Below are positions 29,458 through 41,822 of a DNA stretch of 64,000 nt, piece after piece. The notes below the pieces were generated by a model. It did not search any database. It was not told the origin of the DNA and saw only the letters and a list, made by a program, of their open reading frames with translations. Position numbers and translations under genes: made by a program. The DNA comes from an uncultured Acidobacteriota bacterium (GTDB lineage Bacteria > Acidobacteriota > Terriglobia > UBA7540): the NCBI GenBank assembly GCA_963804995.1, contig CAWDSK010000005.1, positions 640,001 through 704,000 of the forward strand, written 5' to 3'. Position 1 is the stretch's first letter, and each line of letters begins with the position of its first letter.

Positions 29458-31782
29458 ATGCCTGAAGACAATCATTTAACTCCCTTTAACCCAGTGCCTC
29501 TCGGTCCCAGCGACTTGCGCGACCGGCGCATCCCAGCGTCCAAGAACATTGAGATCGGTGAGATCGATGCCTTCGGCCAATTCCGCGCCGTCTGGGATCT
29601 TTTAGTGAAACATCAGTGGCTCATCTTGGCCGTCACGGTTGTGCTCACAGCCTTGGTAGCCTTCTACTCCTTCAAGATGCAGCCGGTTTACCAAGCCATG
29701 TCCCGCGTCGATGTGGAATCCGAAATACCCCTCCTGCAGTCCTTGAATGATCTCTTCAAGACCGGGGAAGCCGACGAAGCGTTTCTGGCCACTCAAGTCA
29801 GCATCCTGCAGAGCGATGAGCTGGCATGGGATACGATCCAGCGATTAGGGATGGGAGGGTCAGAGAAGTCCGGTGGTAAAGTTGTCGGCACTCCCACCAC
29901 GATGCAAACTTCAGCTATCCGGGCATTCCAAGGTCATCTGCGTGTGGAGCGGGCAAAGGACACCCGCATGATACTTGTGAAGTACGAGAGTACCGATCCC
30001 AAACAGGCGGCGGTTGTCGTGAACACGCTAGTCGACAACTTTATCGAATATAACTTTCGCACCAAATATGACGCCTCCCGGCAGGCAACCGGATGGATGG
30101 AGCAGCGGCTGGATGAGTTGAAAGTCAAAGTGGAAAAATCCGAGCAGGCGATGGTCGATTATGAGCGGCAAAATAACATCGTTAGTGTAGGCGACAGGCA
30201 GTCGATTGCGGAATCCAGGCTGGAGGACCTGAACAAAAGCTTCAACAATACGCAAACTGAGCGCTTGTCGAAGGAATCGATTTACAAAATGGTGTCCGAG
30301 AATGAGGCCCAAGTCGGATTCATCCAATCGGGCAGCCTCCTAAACGGCCTGGAAGCCAAGGAATTGGAGTTGAAGCAGCAGTACTCGGAAACTGTGTCGC
30401 ATTACGGGCCAACCTATCCCAAAGCGCTGGCGATTCAGGATCAACTGAAGGATCTGGAGTCGCTCATCGCGCGGGAAAGGAAGCGTGCGGTGGAGAACAT
30501 CCGCAGCGAATACCAGGCTGCCGTACAGCGTGAGAAGATTCTCTCAGATGCCGTGAACAGCCAGAAAGCAGAAGTTTCGAAGGTCAATCAACTGTTGATC
30601 GAGCACAATCTGCTTAAGCGGGAATTCGAATCCAATCAACAGCTTTACGATAGCTTGCTTGCGCACCTGAAGGACGCTAATGTTTCCGCCGGCTTGCGGG
30701 CAACAAACATCCATGTCATCGACCGGGCCGTGCCTCCGACTGCTCCCATCCGGCCGGACAGGGCCCGTAACATCTTGTTTGCCATGGCGGCAGGCTTGGG
30801 GCTGGGGGTGGCCTTAGCATTGACCCGGGAGGCGCTGGACAATTCCATCAAGAGCGCCCAAGAGATTGAGAAGCTTACGGATCTTCCCACCCTGGCGATT
30901 GTTCCCATCGCCCAAACAAATCCCGGGCTAGGTCCCCAAGCCCACACTGGCCCCAAGCGTATTACCACCGTGAGTCAAGATTCGAAATTCCCCCCGGCAT
31001 TGGCGGTTATTAAGAAACCCGGCGCACCCGTCTCCGAAGCGTATCGGGCGCTTCGCACTTCCGTCCTGCTCTCGACCGCCGATCGGCCGCCCCAGGTGTT
31101 GTTGGTTACCAGTTCTCAACCCAATGAAGGGAAGACGGTGACTGCGCTGAATCTCGCTCTTACCATGGCCCAAAAAGGGGGTCGCGTGCTCCTGATCGAT
31201 GCGGACATGCGTCGCCCCGGCATCGCGAAGGCCTTGAAGTTGTCTCTCACTAAGGGGCTTTCGGGGATTCTCACCGGCGCTTATGAGTATGGTCCACAAC
31301 TGCTGTTCAAAATCGAACGGGTGGACGGCCTTTCCCTCCTGCCCTGCGGCCCCATTCCCCCCAATCCGGCCGAACTGCTGTGCTCGATGAAGATGGAAGC
31401 CCTGCTCAAGCGGTTGCGGCAAGATTTTGATCACATCATCCTCGACTCGCCCCCCGTATTGCCGATCACTGACGCCACCATACTCTCCAGCATCGTGGAC
31501 GGCGTCATCATGGTCGTGGAATGCGAAATGACCACGCGCGCCGCACTGAGCCGGGCTTGCCGGGTCATTGAACACGCGGGCGGCAAGATCCTCGGGACGG
31601 TCCTGAACAAGGTGGATGCTAGACGGGACGGATACTATGGATATCGATATTACCACGGATACTATTCATATAATTATAAGTCGTACTATTCGGAAGCAAT
31701 CGCTCCTCCGGTTAGCCGTGAGCCGGTAAGAGTCGCGAGGCAGTTGAACGGTTGGCTTATCGTTCGGAAGGAGAACGGATTT
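29458..31782 (+). CDS. wzc: Polysaccharide co-polymerase / tyrosine autokinase (Wzc); true stop uncertain, as the ORF reads into the next gene
   Basis: Two TM segments, coiled coil, EAYRALRT, Walker A SSQPNEGKT, IDADMRRP, LDSPP, Tyr cluster GYYGYRYYHGYYSYNYKSYY. Confidence 0.9.
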
Positions 31783-32775
31783 ATGGTCTCATTGATTACA
31801 GGTGGTGCGGGATTCATCGGGTCGCACTTGGCGGAGGCCCTGCTTTCGAGGGGAGAGCAGCGTCATCATCCTGGACGACCTCAGTACTGGGTCGGTTGAT
31901 AACCTCCGGCATTTGCGTGCTAACGGGGCCTTGCAATGTTTCTTTGATAGCGTAATGGATCGTCACCTCCTGGCAGAGGTGGTTGATCGAGTCGGACGTC
32001 GTGTACCACCTGGCTGCCGCAGTGGGGGTTCGACGGATTATCGAAAGTCCGGTGCGGACCATCGAAACGAATGTCAAGGGGACGGAGTTGGTTCTGGAAG
32101 CCGCCGCCAAGAAGCGGAAACTGGTTTTCATTGCCTCCACCTCCGAAGTCTATGGCAAGAACAACAAAGTGCCGTTCTGTGAGGACGATGACACTACTCT
32201 CGGTCCCACGGTCAAGTCGCGCTGGTCCTATGCCTGCTTCCAAGGCTCTGGATGAGTTCCTCGCCTTGGCTTACTGGAAAGAAAAGAAGTTGCCCGTCGT
32301 GATTGGCAGGCTCTTCAACACCGTCGGCCCGCGCCAGACCGGTCGCTACGGGATGGTGCTACCAACTTTCGTGGCCCAAGCCATTAGCGGGCAGCCCTTG
32401 ACCGTGTATGGAACGGGCAAGCAGAGCCGCTGCTTTGGCTACGTCGGGGACGCCGTCGAGGCGATCCTGAAATTGATGGACACGGACCGCGCGGTCGGCG
32501 AAGTGGTCAACATCGGGAACGATGTGGAGATTACCATCGAGGACTTGGCCCTTCTTGTCAAGGAAAGGACCAAGAGCGCCTCGCCGGTTCACTACGTCCC
32601 CTACGACGAGGCTTACGAGCCGGGCTTCGAGGACATGACCCGGCGTGTCCCGTCCCTGGAAAAGCTCATGCGGTTTACGGACTTTCGTCCCTCGACGCCC
32701 CTTCCCATGATTATCGATCGGGTGGCCTCTTACATTGCGGCAAAAGTACAGCTGGTTCAAACCACCCCGGCGTGA
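31783..32775 (+). CDS. NAD-dependent nucleotide-sugar epimerase/dehydratase; about 3 frameshifts
   Basis: ITGGAGFIGSHL, LDDLSTGS, YHLAAAVGV, STSEVYGK, WSYA..K, RLFNTVGPRQ, spread over several frames. Confidence 0.85.
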
Positions 32776-33058
32776 GCCCATTGTGTTGCCATGGGGATAA
32801 ACTTTTATCCTAGACGTTGCGGGAGCCCTCTGCGATCCGATGCCCAGCGGGGCAGTCGCAATGATGGATATCTCCGGCGGACAGGCTGGAGCACTGTATC
32901 ACGGGTTTGAAGAGGGTAAAGAGCCCGAAAGCGGCGATATTCATCTGGCTGAGCGAAGGGCTCACTCTTACCCTTGATCCTCGAATACAATCTTGAGTAT
33001 CGCACCTGCCAAACTAAACCCACGTTCCGAATAGGAAATCCCAAGGGGTCCCATCATC

Positions 33059-34078
33059 ATGCCTTCATCTCTTAGCATTGCTCTTGTCGGCTACGGCCGT
33101 TGGGGACTGAACTATGCTCGCGTTATTGGCGAACTTAGGGGAACAGAGCTTGGCGCAATATTTGACATTGACCCGGGCCGTCTGGATCGGGCCCGGACGC
33201 GTCATTCCCAAGTTCGCTGCTCAAGCGACGTGCAAGATATCCTCGCCGATACTTCCCTCGATGCGGTGGTAATCGCCACGCCGGCCTCGACTCACTATGA
33301 GCTGGCCCGGGTGTTTTTGGAGAGTGATCGGCACGTGCTGATGGAAAAACCTATGGCCCTCCGAGTCGATCACTGCGAAAATCTGCGCGAGATTGCCGAG
33401 CACAAACAAAAAGTGCTGATGGTCGGTCACACCTTCCTTTACAACTCTGGAATCCACAAGATGAAGGAAGTTATTGCCTCTCCGGATTTTGGGCGAGTTT
33501 ATTACCTACACGCCACGCGTACGAATATGGGGCCTATCCGTCACGACGTGAACGCCGTGTGGGACCTGGCCGCTCACGATGTTTCCATTTTCAACTACCT
33601 GCTCGACCAGCAACCCCGCACCGTGAGTGCCGTCGGGTCAAAGGTACTTCACGACCCGCGTGAGGATGTGGCCTTTATCACCCTTCAGTATGGCAGCGGT
33701 GTGATTGCCAACATCCACGTTAGCTGGGCGGATCCGAATAAAGTGCGCGAAGTGGTCGCCGTGGGCAGCCGTCGCCGTGTGGTCTTCGATGACTTGAACA
33801 GCCTGGAGCGGATTCGTATTTTTGAGAAGGGTGTCTCCGCGGAAGATCCCCGGCCTGAAACCTATGGGGAGTTCAAGCTTGTCATGCGGGATGGGGACAT
33901 CCTCAGTCCCAAAATCGAGCCCAGTGAGCCTTTAAAGGATCAGTGCGAGGACTTCATCTCAGCCATCCAACATCGACGCAGGCCCATTTCCGATGGCCAC
34001 GTAGGCGTACAAGTTGTTCGTAGCTTGGTGGCCATAGAGGAGTCGCTACGTGAGGGCGGCGTTCCCAAGGAGGTCTGA
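33059..34078 (+). CDS. Gfo/Idh/MocA nucleotide-sugar dehydrogenase (WlbA/WbpB-like)
   Basis: VGYGRWG, ATPASTHY, MEKPM, WDLAAHD. Confidence 0.85.
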   Translation: MPSSLSIALVGYGRWGLNYARVIGELRGTELGAIFDIDPGRLDRARTRHSQVRCSSDVQDILADTSLDAVVIATPASTHYELARVFLESDRHVLMEKPMALRVDHCENLREIAEHKQKVLMVGHTFLYNSGIHKMKEVIASPDFGRVYYLHATRTNMGPIRHDVNAVWDLAAHDVSIFNYLLDQQPRTVSAVGSKVLHDPREDVAFITLQYGSGVIANIHVSWADPNKVREVVAVGSRRRVVFDDLNSLERIRIFEKGVSAEDPRPETYGEFKLVMRDGDILSPKIEPSEPLKDQCEDFISAIQHRRRPISDGHVGVQVVRSLVAIEESLREGGVPKEV

Positions 34079-34081
34079 GAA

Positions 34082-34777
34082 ATGGAAGCATGCGTTGACG
34101 TGAGGTTCGGCGATGGCCCTTCGATTGACGACAGTGTGCTTCTCGGATACCGGCCAGGCCGTCTGATCAAACTTGAGCCGGTCCAGATCGGGGATGGGGC
34201 TAGGATTCGGGCCGGAACAATTATTTATGCCTCAGTGGAAATTGGTTCCGGCTTCGAAACGGGGCACAACGTGATCATTCGTGAGCAGACCCGTATCGGA
34301 AATGACTGTTCCATATGGAACAACACGACCATCGACTATGGCTGCGTCATCGGCAATGGTGTTCGCATACATTGCAATGTATATGTTTCTCAGTACACCA
34401 ATATTGGGGATGATGTGTTTCTTGCGCCGGGGGTCATGATCGCCAACGACCCCCATCCGATTTGCACGAAGTGCATGCAAGGCCCGACTTTCAAACGCGG
34501 CGCCCGTGTTGGGATTAACGCCATCGTTTTGCCTCACGTCATCGTTGGGGAGGATTGCTTGATTGGCGCGGGCAGTGTCGTTACGAAGGACGTGCCCGAC
34601 CACGCCGTGGTGGCCGGGAGTCCGGCGCGCGTGATTGGCGACGTGGACAACTTGGATTGTCCCTTCGAAATCGTAAAGCCCTACCAAGATGGCCGTGACG
34701 TTCTGCACCGTGCGGAGTGGAACACCCTGTTGCCCCTTTCGCGCCCCATCCATAAGCCCAACAAGACCCGCGCTTGA
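34082..34777 (+). CDS. Hexapeptide-repeat N-acyltransferase (WlbB/WbpD-like)
   Basis: Left-handed beta-helix repeats; IGAGSVVTKDVP...VAGSPAR. Confidence 0.88.
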   Translation: MEACVDVRFGDGPSIDDSVLLGYRPGRLIKLEPVQIGDGARIRAGTIIYASVEIGSGFETGHNVIIREQTRIGNDCSIWNNTTIDYGCVIGNGVRIHCNVYVSQYTNIGDDVFLAPGVMIANDPHPICTKCMQGPTFKRGARVGINAIVLPHVIVGEDCLIGAGSVVTKDVPDHAVVAGSPARVIGDVDNLDCPFEIVKPYQDGRDVLHRAEWNTLLPLSRPIHKPNKTRA

Positions 34778-35484
34778 AGACACTCGTAGCGGCTTTCGCC
34801 TACAACGAGGGTGAAAAGATCCGCCGAACCCTAAGCCGGCATCCACCCGAACGTCCATACGACTTGCTCGTGATGGACGATGGCTCGACCGATGGTGCAT
34901 TGAGTGGGGTGGACAATGCGGATTTCATCGTGCTTCGCAATGAAAATAACCGAGGCATCGGTTTCGCCATGAAGCGGGTTTTCCAGTACGCCCTGGACAA
35001 GGATTACGATGTATTGGTGATCCAAGCAGGGAATGACAAAGACGACCCCCTGGAGATATCTAAGCTCCTGAAACCTATCCTCAACGACCACGCCGATTTT
35101 GTCCAGGGGTCACGTTTCTTGCCGGGTGGCGGCTCCGGCAATACGCCTGTGTACCGGATCTTGGCGACTCGCCTTGTCCATCCTACGCTGTTTTCGCTGG
35201 CGGTCGGCAAGCGGCTAACCGAAACCACCAACGGCTTCCGGGCGTTTCGCACCAGCGTCCTACGTGATGCTCGTATCAACTGGCGCCAGGACTGGCTTGA
35301 TAAGTACGAGCTTGAACCGTACATTCTTTACAAGGCCATAAAGCTGGGCTACCGGCACCGTGAGGTCCCCGTCACAAAAATCTATCCGCCACATGAACAG
35401 GGCTATACAAAAATGAAGCCGTTCACAGGCTGGTGGAGCATCCTCCGACCCATCTTCTACCTTTGGCTAGGCATCAAGAATTGA
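34774..35484 (+). CDS. GT2 glycosyltransferase, polyprenol-phosphate (DPM synthase/ArnC-like) type
   Basis: AYNEGEKI, MDDGSTD, NRGIGFA, VQGSRF, TNGFRAF; TTGA overlap with the upstream gene. Confidence 0.8.
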   Translation: MKTLVAAFAYNEGEKIRRTLSRHPPERPYDLLVMDDGSTDGALSGVDNADFIVLRNENNRGIGFAMKRVFQYALDKDYDVLVIQAGNDKDDPLEISKLLKPILNDHADFVQGSRFLPGGGSGNTPVYRILATRLVHPTLFSLAVGKRLTETTNGFRAFRTSVLRDARINWRQDWLDKYELEPYILYKAIKLGYRHREVPVTKIYPPHEQGYTKMKPFTGWWSILRPIFYLWLGIKN

Positions 35485-35566
35485 TTTGTAGTCTGAGAAC
35501 GGCACAGCCTTTTTTCGAAGGACTCGCCCGCGACGCTAACAGACTTGCCCTCCTGTGGAGACTTAG

Positions 35567-36702
35567 ATGATGCGAGTGCCATTTGTCGATTTGAAATCCC
35601 AGTATCGCGGGATTGCCCCGGAGATCAACTATGCCATCCACGGTGTAGTGGAACGGGCGGATTTCATTCTTGGCCAGGATGTGGAGCGGTTCGAAGCGGA
35701 GTTTGCCGCCTACATTGATGTGAAGTACTCCGTCGGAGTCGGTTCCGGTCTGGCAGCTTTCAGTTGGCTTTGCGGGCTTACGGAATCGGTGGCGGCGACG
35801 AAGTCATTACGACGGCAAATACCTTCGTTGCAACGGTGCTTGCGATCATGGCGACGGGCGCACGCCCTGTCCTGGTCAACGTCGATCCGGCTACCTATAA
35901 TATGAATCCGTCCGCCTTTGAAAGTGCTATTACCCCGCGTACCCGCGCCGTAATTCCTGTTCACCTTTACGGTCAACCCGTTGATCTTGACCCCATTTGT
36001 GCGATTGCCAGAAGCCACAATCTGCTCGTCATTGAAGATGCCGCGCAGGCCCACGGAGCTCGGTACGGAGGCAAGCGAGCTGGCAGTTTCGGCCACGCGG
36101 CCGGATTCAGCTTTTATCCCGGCAAAAATCTTGGCGCGTACGGCGACGGCGGAATGGTTGTTACGAATGATAAAGACGTGGCAGAGAGAATCCGCCAATT
36201 GCGTAATTATGGTCAGCGCGAGAAGTACTATCATGAAGTCAAGGGCACGAACTCTCGTTTGGACAGCCTGCAAGCAGCGGTCTTGCGCGTGAAGCTGCAA
36301 TATCTGGACCAATGGAACGAGCAAAGAAGAAAACATGCAAACGCCTACAGCCAGCAACTCGCCGGCTTGCCGGTAATTTGCCCGGTTGTATCTCCTGGTG
36401 GCGAGCACATCTATCATCTCTACGTAATTCAAGTGGAGAGCCGGAGCGCCGTACAAGCGGCTCTTAAGTCGCAGGGCGTTGATACCGGTATTCATTACCC
36501 TGTGCCGATCCACCTGCAAAGTGCCTGTGCCGACTTGGGCTACCGCCTGGGAGATTTTCCCGTTACCGAGACGCAAGCCGATAAGATTCTCTCTTTACCG
36601 ATGTTTGCAGAACTAACGCACGAGCAAATTGATTACGTCGTGTTTTCCCTCAAACAAGCCATTTCAACATCACAGCGTGGCTTAACGTGGTTGGCACGAT
36701 AG
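35567..36702 (+). CDS. DegT/DnrJ/EryC1/StrS aminotransferase; frameshift near 35760
   Basis: [48 protein letters not shown]. Confidence 0.92.
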
Positions 36703-36781
36703 ATTTGCCTGGTTTGTTGGAACGTTCTTGGGCAATTCGGGCACAAGCCCACTGGGAATCTTCGTCTGCAGAGTTTCGACA

Positions 36782-38247
36782 ATGATTTTGCACGGATTGA
36801 AGGCGCAACCCAAAAACGTGAAAATCCTGGCGATTCTATTCCTGCTGACCCTACCTCTGGTGAACCCCTGGGTGCGCGGGGACGGTGTTGGTTACTACGC
36901 CTACGTCCGTTCCGTGGTCGTAGAGCGTACGCTCCACTTCGAGAACGACTGGAGGGCCGGGAACGAAAGTTTCACTATGGGCAGGGTAGGTGCAGATGGG
37001 AAGATCAATCCCATCCAGTACACGCCGACCGGCTATATCGAAAATGCTTACGCCATCGGCCCTTCCTTGCTCTGGGTGCCCTTTATCTTGCCCGTTCATT
37101 ACGTCATGCTGACTCTCCAGAAGTGCGGGTTGAGCGTTAAAGCCGATGGATTTTCCCGGCCTTACCTCATCGCGATGGCCCTTGCGACTGCGCTTTACGG
37201 GTTTTTAGGCCTGCTCATTTCGTATCGCCTGGCTTCCCTCTATACCGAAGAGCACTGGGCATTGCTTGGGACGATGGGAATGTGGTTCGCGAGTTCTCTA
37301 CCTGTCTACATGTATTTCAATCCCTCCTGGTCGCACGCCCACTCGGTTTTTATCGTGGCAGTGTTCTTGTGGTACTGGCATCGAACAAGGCAAGGCCGCA
37401 CCTTGGGGCAATGGGTGATTCTGGGTCTGATTTCCGGCCTGCTTCTCGACGTCTATTACGTAAACATTGCGGTCCTATTCGTACCTCTTGTGGAATCTCT
37501 GGAGGGGTACTGGCGTGGCTGGCGTGAGTCTGGGCTTGGGGGGCAAGCCGTCCGCAGGCTCTTTGTGGCTAATCTACTCTATTGCTTGGGCACGCTGATC
37601 GCCTTTTCGCCTACTATGATCACCCGGCAGATTATCTTTGGGAATCCACTCAACCTTGGTTACGGAAGCATGGGGGCGTGGCTTTGGACGTCACCCTACT
37701 TGGGTAGCGTCCTGTTCTCGTCCGACCACGGCCTCCTGACCTGGACCCCTATCGTCATCCTCGCGTTGGGCGGGCTTTTTCTACTCCGTCGACGCGATAA
37801 AAACCTGGCCACGTATTTCATGGTTGCGTTAGTCGTATTTTGGTTCCTCGTCGGCAGTCATCTCTGTTGGGACGGCATTTCATCCTTTGGGAACCGGTTC
37901 TTTATTTCTCTCACGCCCATGTTCGTCCTGGGGTTGGCGGTATTTTTCAGCGACTTCGCCAAATGGGTAAAGGGAACCCGGCGGGCCATGGTGATCGCAG
38001 GCTCAGTCACCGCTCTCCTCATCCTCTGGAACCTGGCCTTCATTTTCCAGTGGGGCACGCATTTGGTTCCTGCCCGTGGACCTATATCTTGGAAACAGAT
38101 GGTTCGCAATCAATTCCTCGCTGTGCCGCAGCGAGCCGCGACTGAAGTCGCGGCCTATTTTAAAACCGCCGAGCGCTCATGCACCATATCGAGCAGGAAG
38201 ACGTTCACCAATTGAAACAGCAGCAAGGAGCGGCTAAAGCGAAGTGA
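36782..38247 (+). CDS. GT-C fold (GT39/ArnT-like) multi-TM glycosyltransferase; frameshift near 38165
   Basis: RGDGVGYYAYVRS motif after TM1, 11 or more TM segments, SFGNRFF. The corrected frame ends at the GTGA overlap with wzm. Confidence 0.7.
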
Positions 38248-39105
38248 CGAACGCTTTCGCCGAGCAAGCTGTTCAGGTTGAGCCACCGGTGCTGCGCATC
38301 GCTCCGCCGCGCGGATGGTTCGACATCGATTTCAAGGAGCTCTGGGCAGCGCGCGAATTGCTTTACTTCTTCGTCTGGCGCGACATCAAAGTTCGCTATA
38401 AGCAGACCGCCATTGGAGCGGCCTGGGCGGTGATTCAGCCCTTCATGACGATGGTCGTTTTCAGCCTTTTCTTCGGAAAATTGGCCAAGATGGATTCGCA
38501 CGGTCTGCCTTATCCGATCTTCTACTACAGCGCCCTGCTGCCCTGGATGTACTTTGCCGGCGCTTTGCAGAAGGCTACTAACGTCGTGGTGGACCAGCAG
38601 CACGTAATCACCAAAGTCTATTTCCCTAGACTTGGTGCTCCCCTTGGCGGCCGTGACGTTGCAGGGTTGCTGGATTTCGCCATCAGCTTCCTGGTGTTTC
38701 TGGGCATGATGGCCTAGTACCGAATCATGCCCGGCCCCGCCCTGCTTCTGTTTCCCCTTTTTCTGTTGCTGGCGATCCTGACGGCGCTGGGCGTGGGCCT
38801 GTGGCTCTCCGCTCTGAACGCGCATTTATCGCGACGTCCGTTACGTTGTTCCCTTCCTCGTGCAATTCTGGCTATTCGCCTCTCCCGTGGCCTATCCCAG
38901 CAGCCTCGTGCCGGAGCGCTGGCGTTGGCTTTACGGACTCAATCCCATGGCCGGGGTCATTGAGGGCTTTCGCTGGGCGCTCACCGGCCATGGCCAGCCA
39001 CCGAACATCATGCTTGCGGTCTCCACCGGGATGGTTCTGCTCCTCGTGGGCGGCGGTTTGGCATTTTTCCACAGGATGGAAGGAACGATTGCCGATGTCG
39101 TCTGA
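38244..39105 (+). CDS. wzm: ABC-2 transporter permease Wzm; in-frame TAG at 38715 plus frameshifts
   Basis: RELLYFFVWRDIKVRYKQT, KVYFPR, LNPMAGVIEGFR. Confidence 0.88.
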
Positions 39106-39325
39106 TTGGATTGATGAATTCTGAATTATGAATGACAGTTTGTATCTTCATCGAAATTAGGTACAGAGGCGAACGGGCTCCTAACATATTGCATGGACGC
39201 GCAGGATAACGCTCGCTTCGTGGGGTTCGGAGTGCTGCCGCCGGGTTCGAGAAAACCAACTCACTAGGGTCAGGCCAAGATTCCAAGTGGAGGCCATTGT
39301 GGGCACTACTGTAGAGGATCCATCT

Positions 39326-41324
39326 ATGAAGCCATGCCGTTGGGTGGGACCGACCGCGATCCTCTTCTTTATTGTTGGCGTGGGAGTTGGGGTGCTGATA
39401 GGGATACTTGAGGCTGCGATGATCTGGTGGGATCCACGGCGCTCACATTATCTCGTCGCGCCCATTGGGCCAATCCTCTGGCTTGTAGTACCTCTTGTTG
39501 ATCTTGTCCCATTTGCCCTGCTTGGTCTATGTCTAGGGGTATTTGCCCAGCGGTGGGTACCGGATAGCAGGATGGCCAAGGCCCTTCTCGCCGCGCTAGG
39601 TTTTGGGATGGCGGGATGGTTTGCCACATATGCCACTCTGTCATTGCATCATTTCAATTCACACCATTGGATGGTCTTCAGCCTTTTGGCCGCATTCCTC
39701 AGCTTCGCCATGGCTCTCTGGGTTATCACCCTCACTAGCAAGCCCTGTCCAGTTCGCCAGAACGTAATAGGGAACCTCTCGCGATTTTCCTATTCGAGGA
39801 AGTTTTTAAGGCCGTTCCCGTTGCTGACGGTTCTCTTGGCATGTGTCTTGGCTAATCGGATTCAGGGCTCAGGTTCTGACCTTCCGCCGGCAGGTTCTTA
39901 TGTTCCCGGGAGCCACCCTAACATTGTTCTTATTGCCTTTGACACCTTCGCCGCTAGTCACTCCTCGACTAATGGTTACACTCGTCTCACAACACCTAAC
40001 CTCGACTCGCTTGGTCGCCGTGGGATAGTCTTTGAAAATGCTATTGCTCCTTCTAGCTGGACGTTGCCATCCTTTGTTTCCATGTTTACCGGTCAACTCC
40101 CTCACCAGCACGGCGCGGACTTTGACATTCCCTGGAGGGGCCGGTCCCCTGCACTGCCCGAAGTTCTGAGGTCGATCGGCTACGAGTCGGCCGGCTTCAA
40201 TGCGAACTGGATCTATGGTGGGGCAGCTCAAGGGTCGGGGCGAGGCTTCGACGTTTACCATGACGGTTCATCTACCTTTCCGCCGAACTTCCGACGGACG
40301 CTCATAGGACGATATTTTGAGTCCTGGATGTACGGGCATGCCGATTACATGGGTCGGCGGAACGCACAAGAAGTCAACCGCGAAGTTTCCCAGTGGTATT
40401 ATCACCGGTCCAGGCGCCCCTTCTTCCTATTTTTGAATTACTTTGATGCTCATTTCCCTTATTACGCCCATGCCCCTTTCAAGAACCGTTTTGGGGATGT
40501 ACCCGACGACCTGATCGGGTTGCAGGCATCGAGGGAGGATCCAAAGACCCGTAATTGGCGTCTCTCGCCTTCCGAGCGAGCGGAATTAATTGAGGGATAT
40601 GACAATGCCCTCGCCTACGTAGACAGCCAAGTTGGCGAACTTCTAAAATTTCTGGGGACTTCCCCCGATTGGGCGAACACCTTTGTGATTGTGGTCGCAG
40701 ATCATGGCGAGGCTTTTGGTGAGCATGGGCGCTACGGACATGCTTTGGATCTTTACCGCGAAGTCCTCCATGTTCCACTCATAATTTTAGGACCGGGCGT
40801 TCCGGCTGGCGTGAGAGTTTCAGGCGTGGTCGGCACGCGCGAGATCTTTGCGACTGTCATTGACCTCGCCACCCATCCGGAAGCGCCTTCTCAATCGAGT
40901 TTACGCAGGTTTTGGGCCCCCAGCCCAAGTCAGACCGACGCACCTGAGGCGATCATCTCCGAACTGCATAGTACGTGGTTTAAAGGCGAGCGCCCGCGCA
41001 CGCCGATAAGCCTGACCACGGACCATTGGCACTACATCCAAGATACACCAGAGAAGCTGCGAACTTTTCGATTGGACCAAGGATGCCCTCGAGCAAACCA
41101 ATTTGGCCTCAAAACCTGAGGAACAAAGTATCATCGCATCCTTTCAAGCTCAATTGGGTCATCAACTCAGTGAGACAAGCCAACCCTGGCTGGGACCGCA
41201 TTATCTCTTGGCGGTCGGGTCATTCCGACTTCCCTTGCTTCATGCGATGGAATCTCGTGCGTTACCCGCCGAAAAGACCACGCCCGAGGATAGGGAGTTG
41301 TTGGAGGGTCTCCCTTACCATTGA
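39326..41324 (+). CDS. Membrane-anchored sulfatase-like (alkaline phosphatase superfamily) hydrolase/transferase; frameshift near 41050
   Basis: About 5 N-terminal TM segments; PNIVLIAFDT, SWTLPSFVSMFTG, NYFDAHFPY, ADHGEAFGEHG, HVPLI; C-terminus continues in ORF 41103-41324. Confidence 0.8.
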
Positions 41325-41437
41325 ATCAACTTAATCAAGAGCAACCGTAGCACGGACATCTCTCGTAGGTCGGCGGCTTTTCTCGACTTCCATGTTCTGC
41401 TTCGCCATGGCGTCCGAAAGAGCTTTCTCCCGCTGAA

Positions 41438-41645
41438 CAGCAGCTTCGTCCCAAAACGATGGCGCTGGCTGTACGGCCTCAATCCGATGGCGGGCGTCAT
41501 CGAAGGGTTTCGCTGGAGCTTGACCGGACACGGGCAGCCCCCGACGTTGTTGCTGGCCGCCTCATCTGGAATGGTGCTTCTCTTGGTCGCTGGTGGGATG
41601 ATCTTCTTTCATAGAATGGAAGGGACCATTGCGGATGTGGTGTGA
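41438..41645 (+). pseudogene. Diverged duplicate of the 3' end of wzm (cf. 38898-39105)
   Basis: Translates SSFVPKRWRWLYGLNPMAGVIEGFRWSLTGHGQPP...FFHRMEGTIADVV*, nearly identical to the wzm C-terminus, with no upstream part. Confidence 0.88.
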
Positions 41646-41822
41646 GTGATGCATTCTGAATTGAAACTCAAAATGAAGCCGGCAACCGTGAGTGCATTGT
41701 GGATAAACCAAAAATCCCCGGCACTGAGGGCGATATCCGGAATCGCAGCTTCTGACATAATGTCCGTGGCGCTGACCCTAACCCTATTCCCTACTCCCTG
41801 ATTCCTAATTCCTAAAGTCAAA

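Noticed and set aside
29458..31899. Apparent Wzc-epimerase fusion
   Set aside because: The epimerase has its own AAGGAG RBS and ATG (31783), the linker after the Tyr cluster looks non-conserved, and the region is full of indels. A lost stop or frameshift is more likely.
38715..38717. Programmed TAG readthrough (pyrrolysine or recoding) in wzm
   Set aside because: Other genes in the window end in TAG normally and wzm has additional lesions. A TAC-to-TAG error or mutation is simpler.
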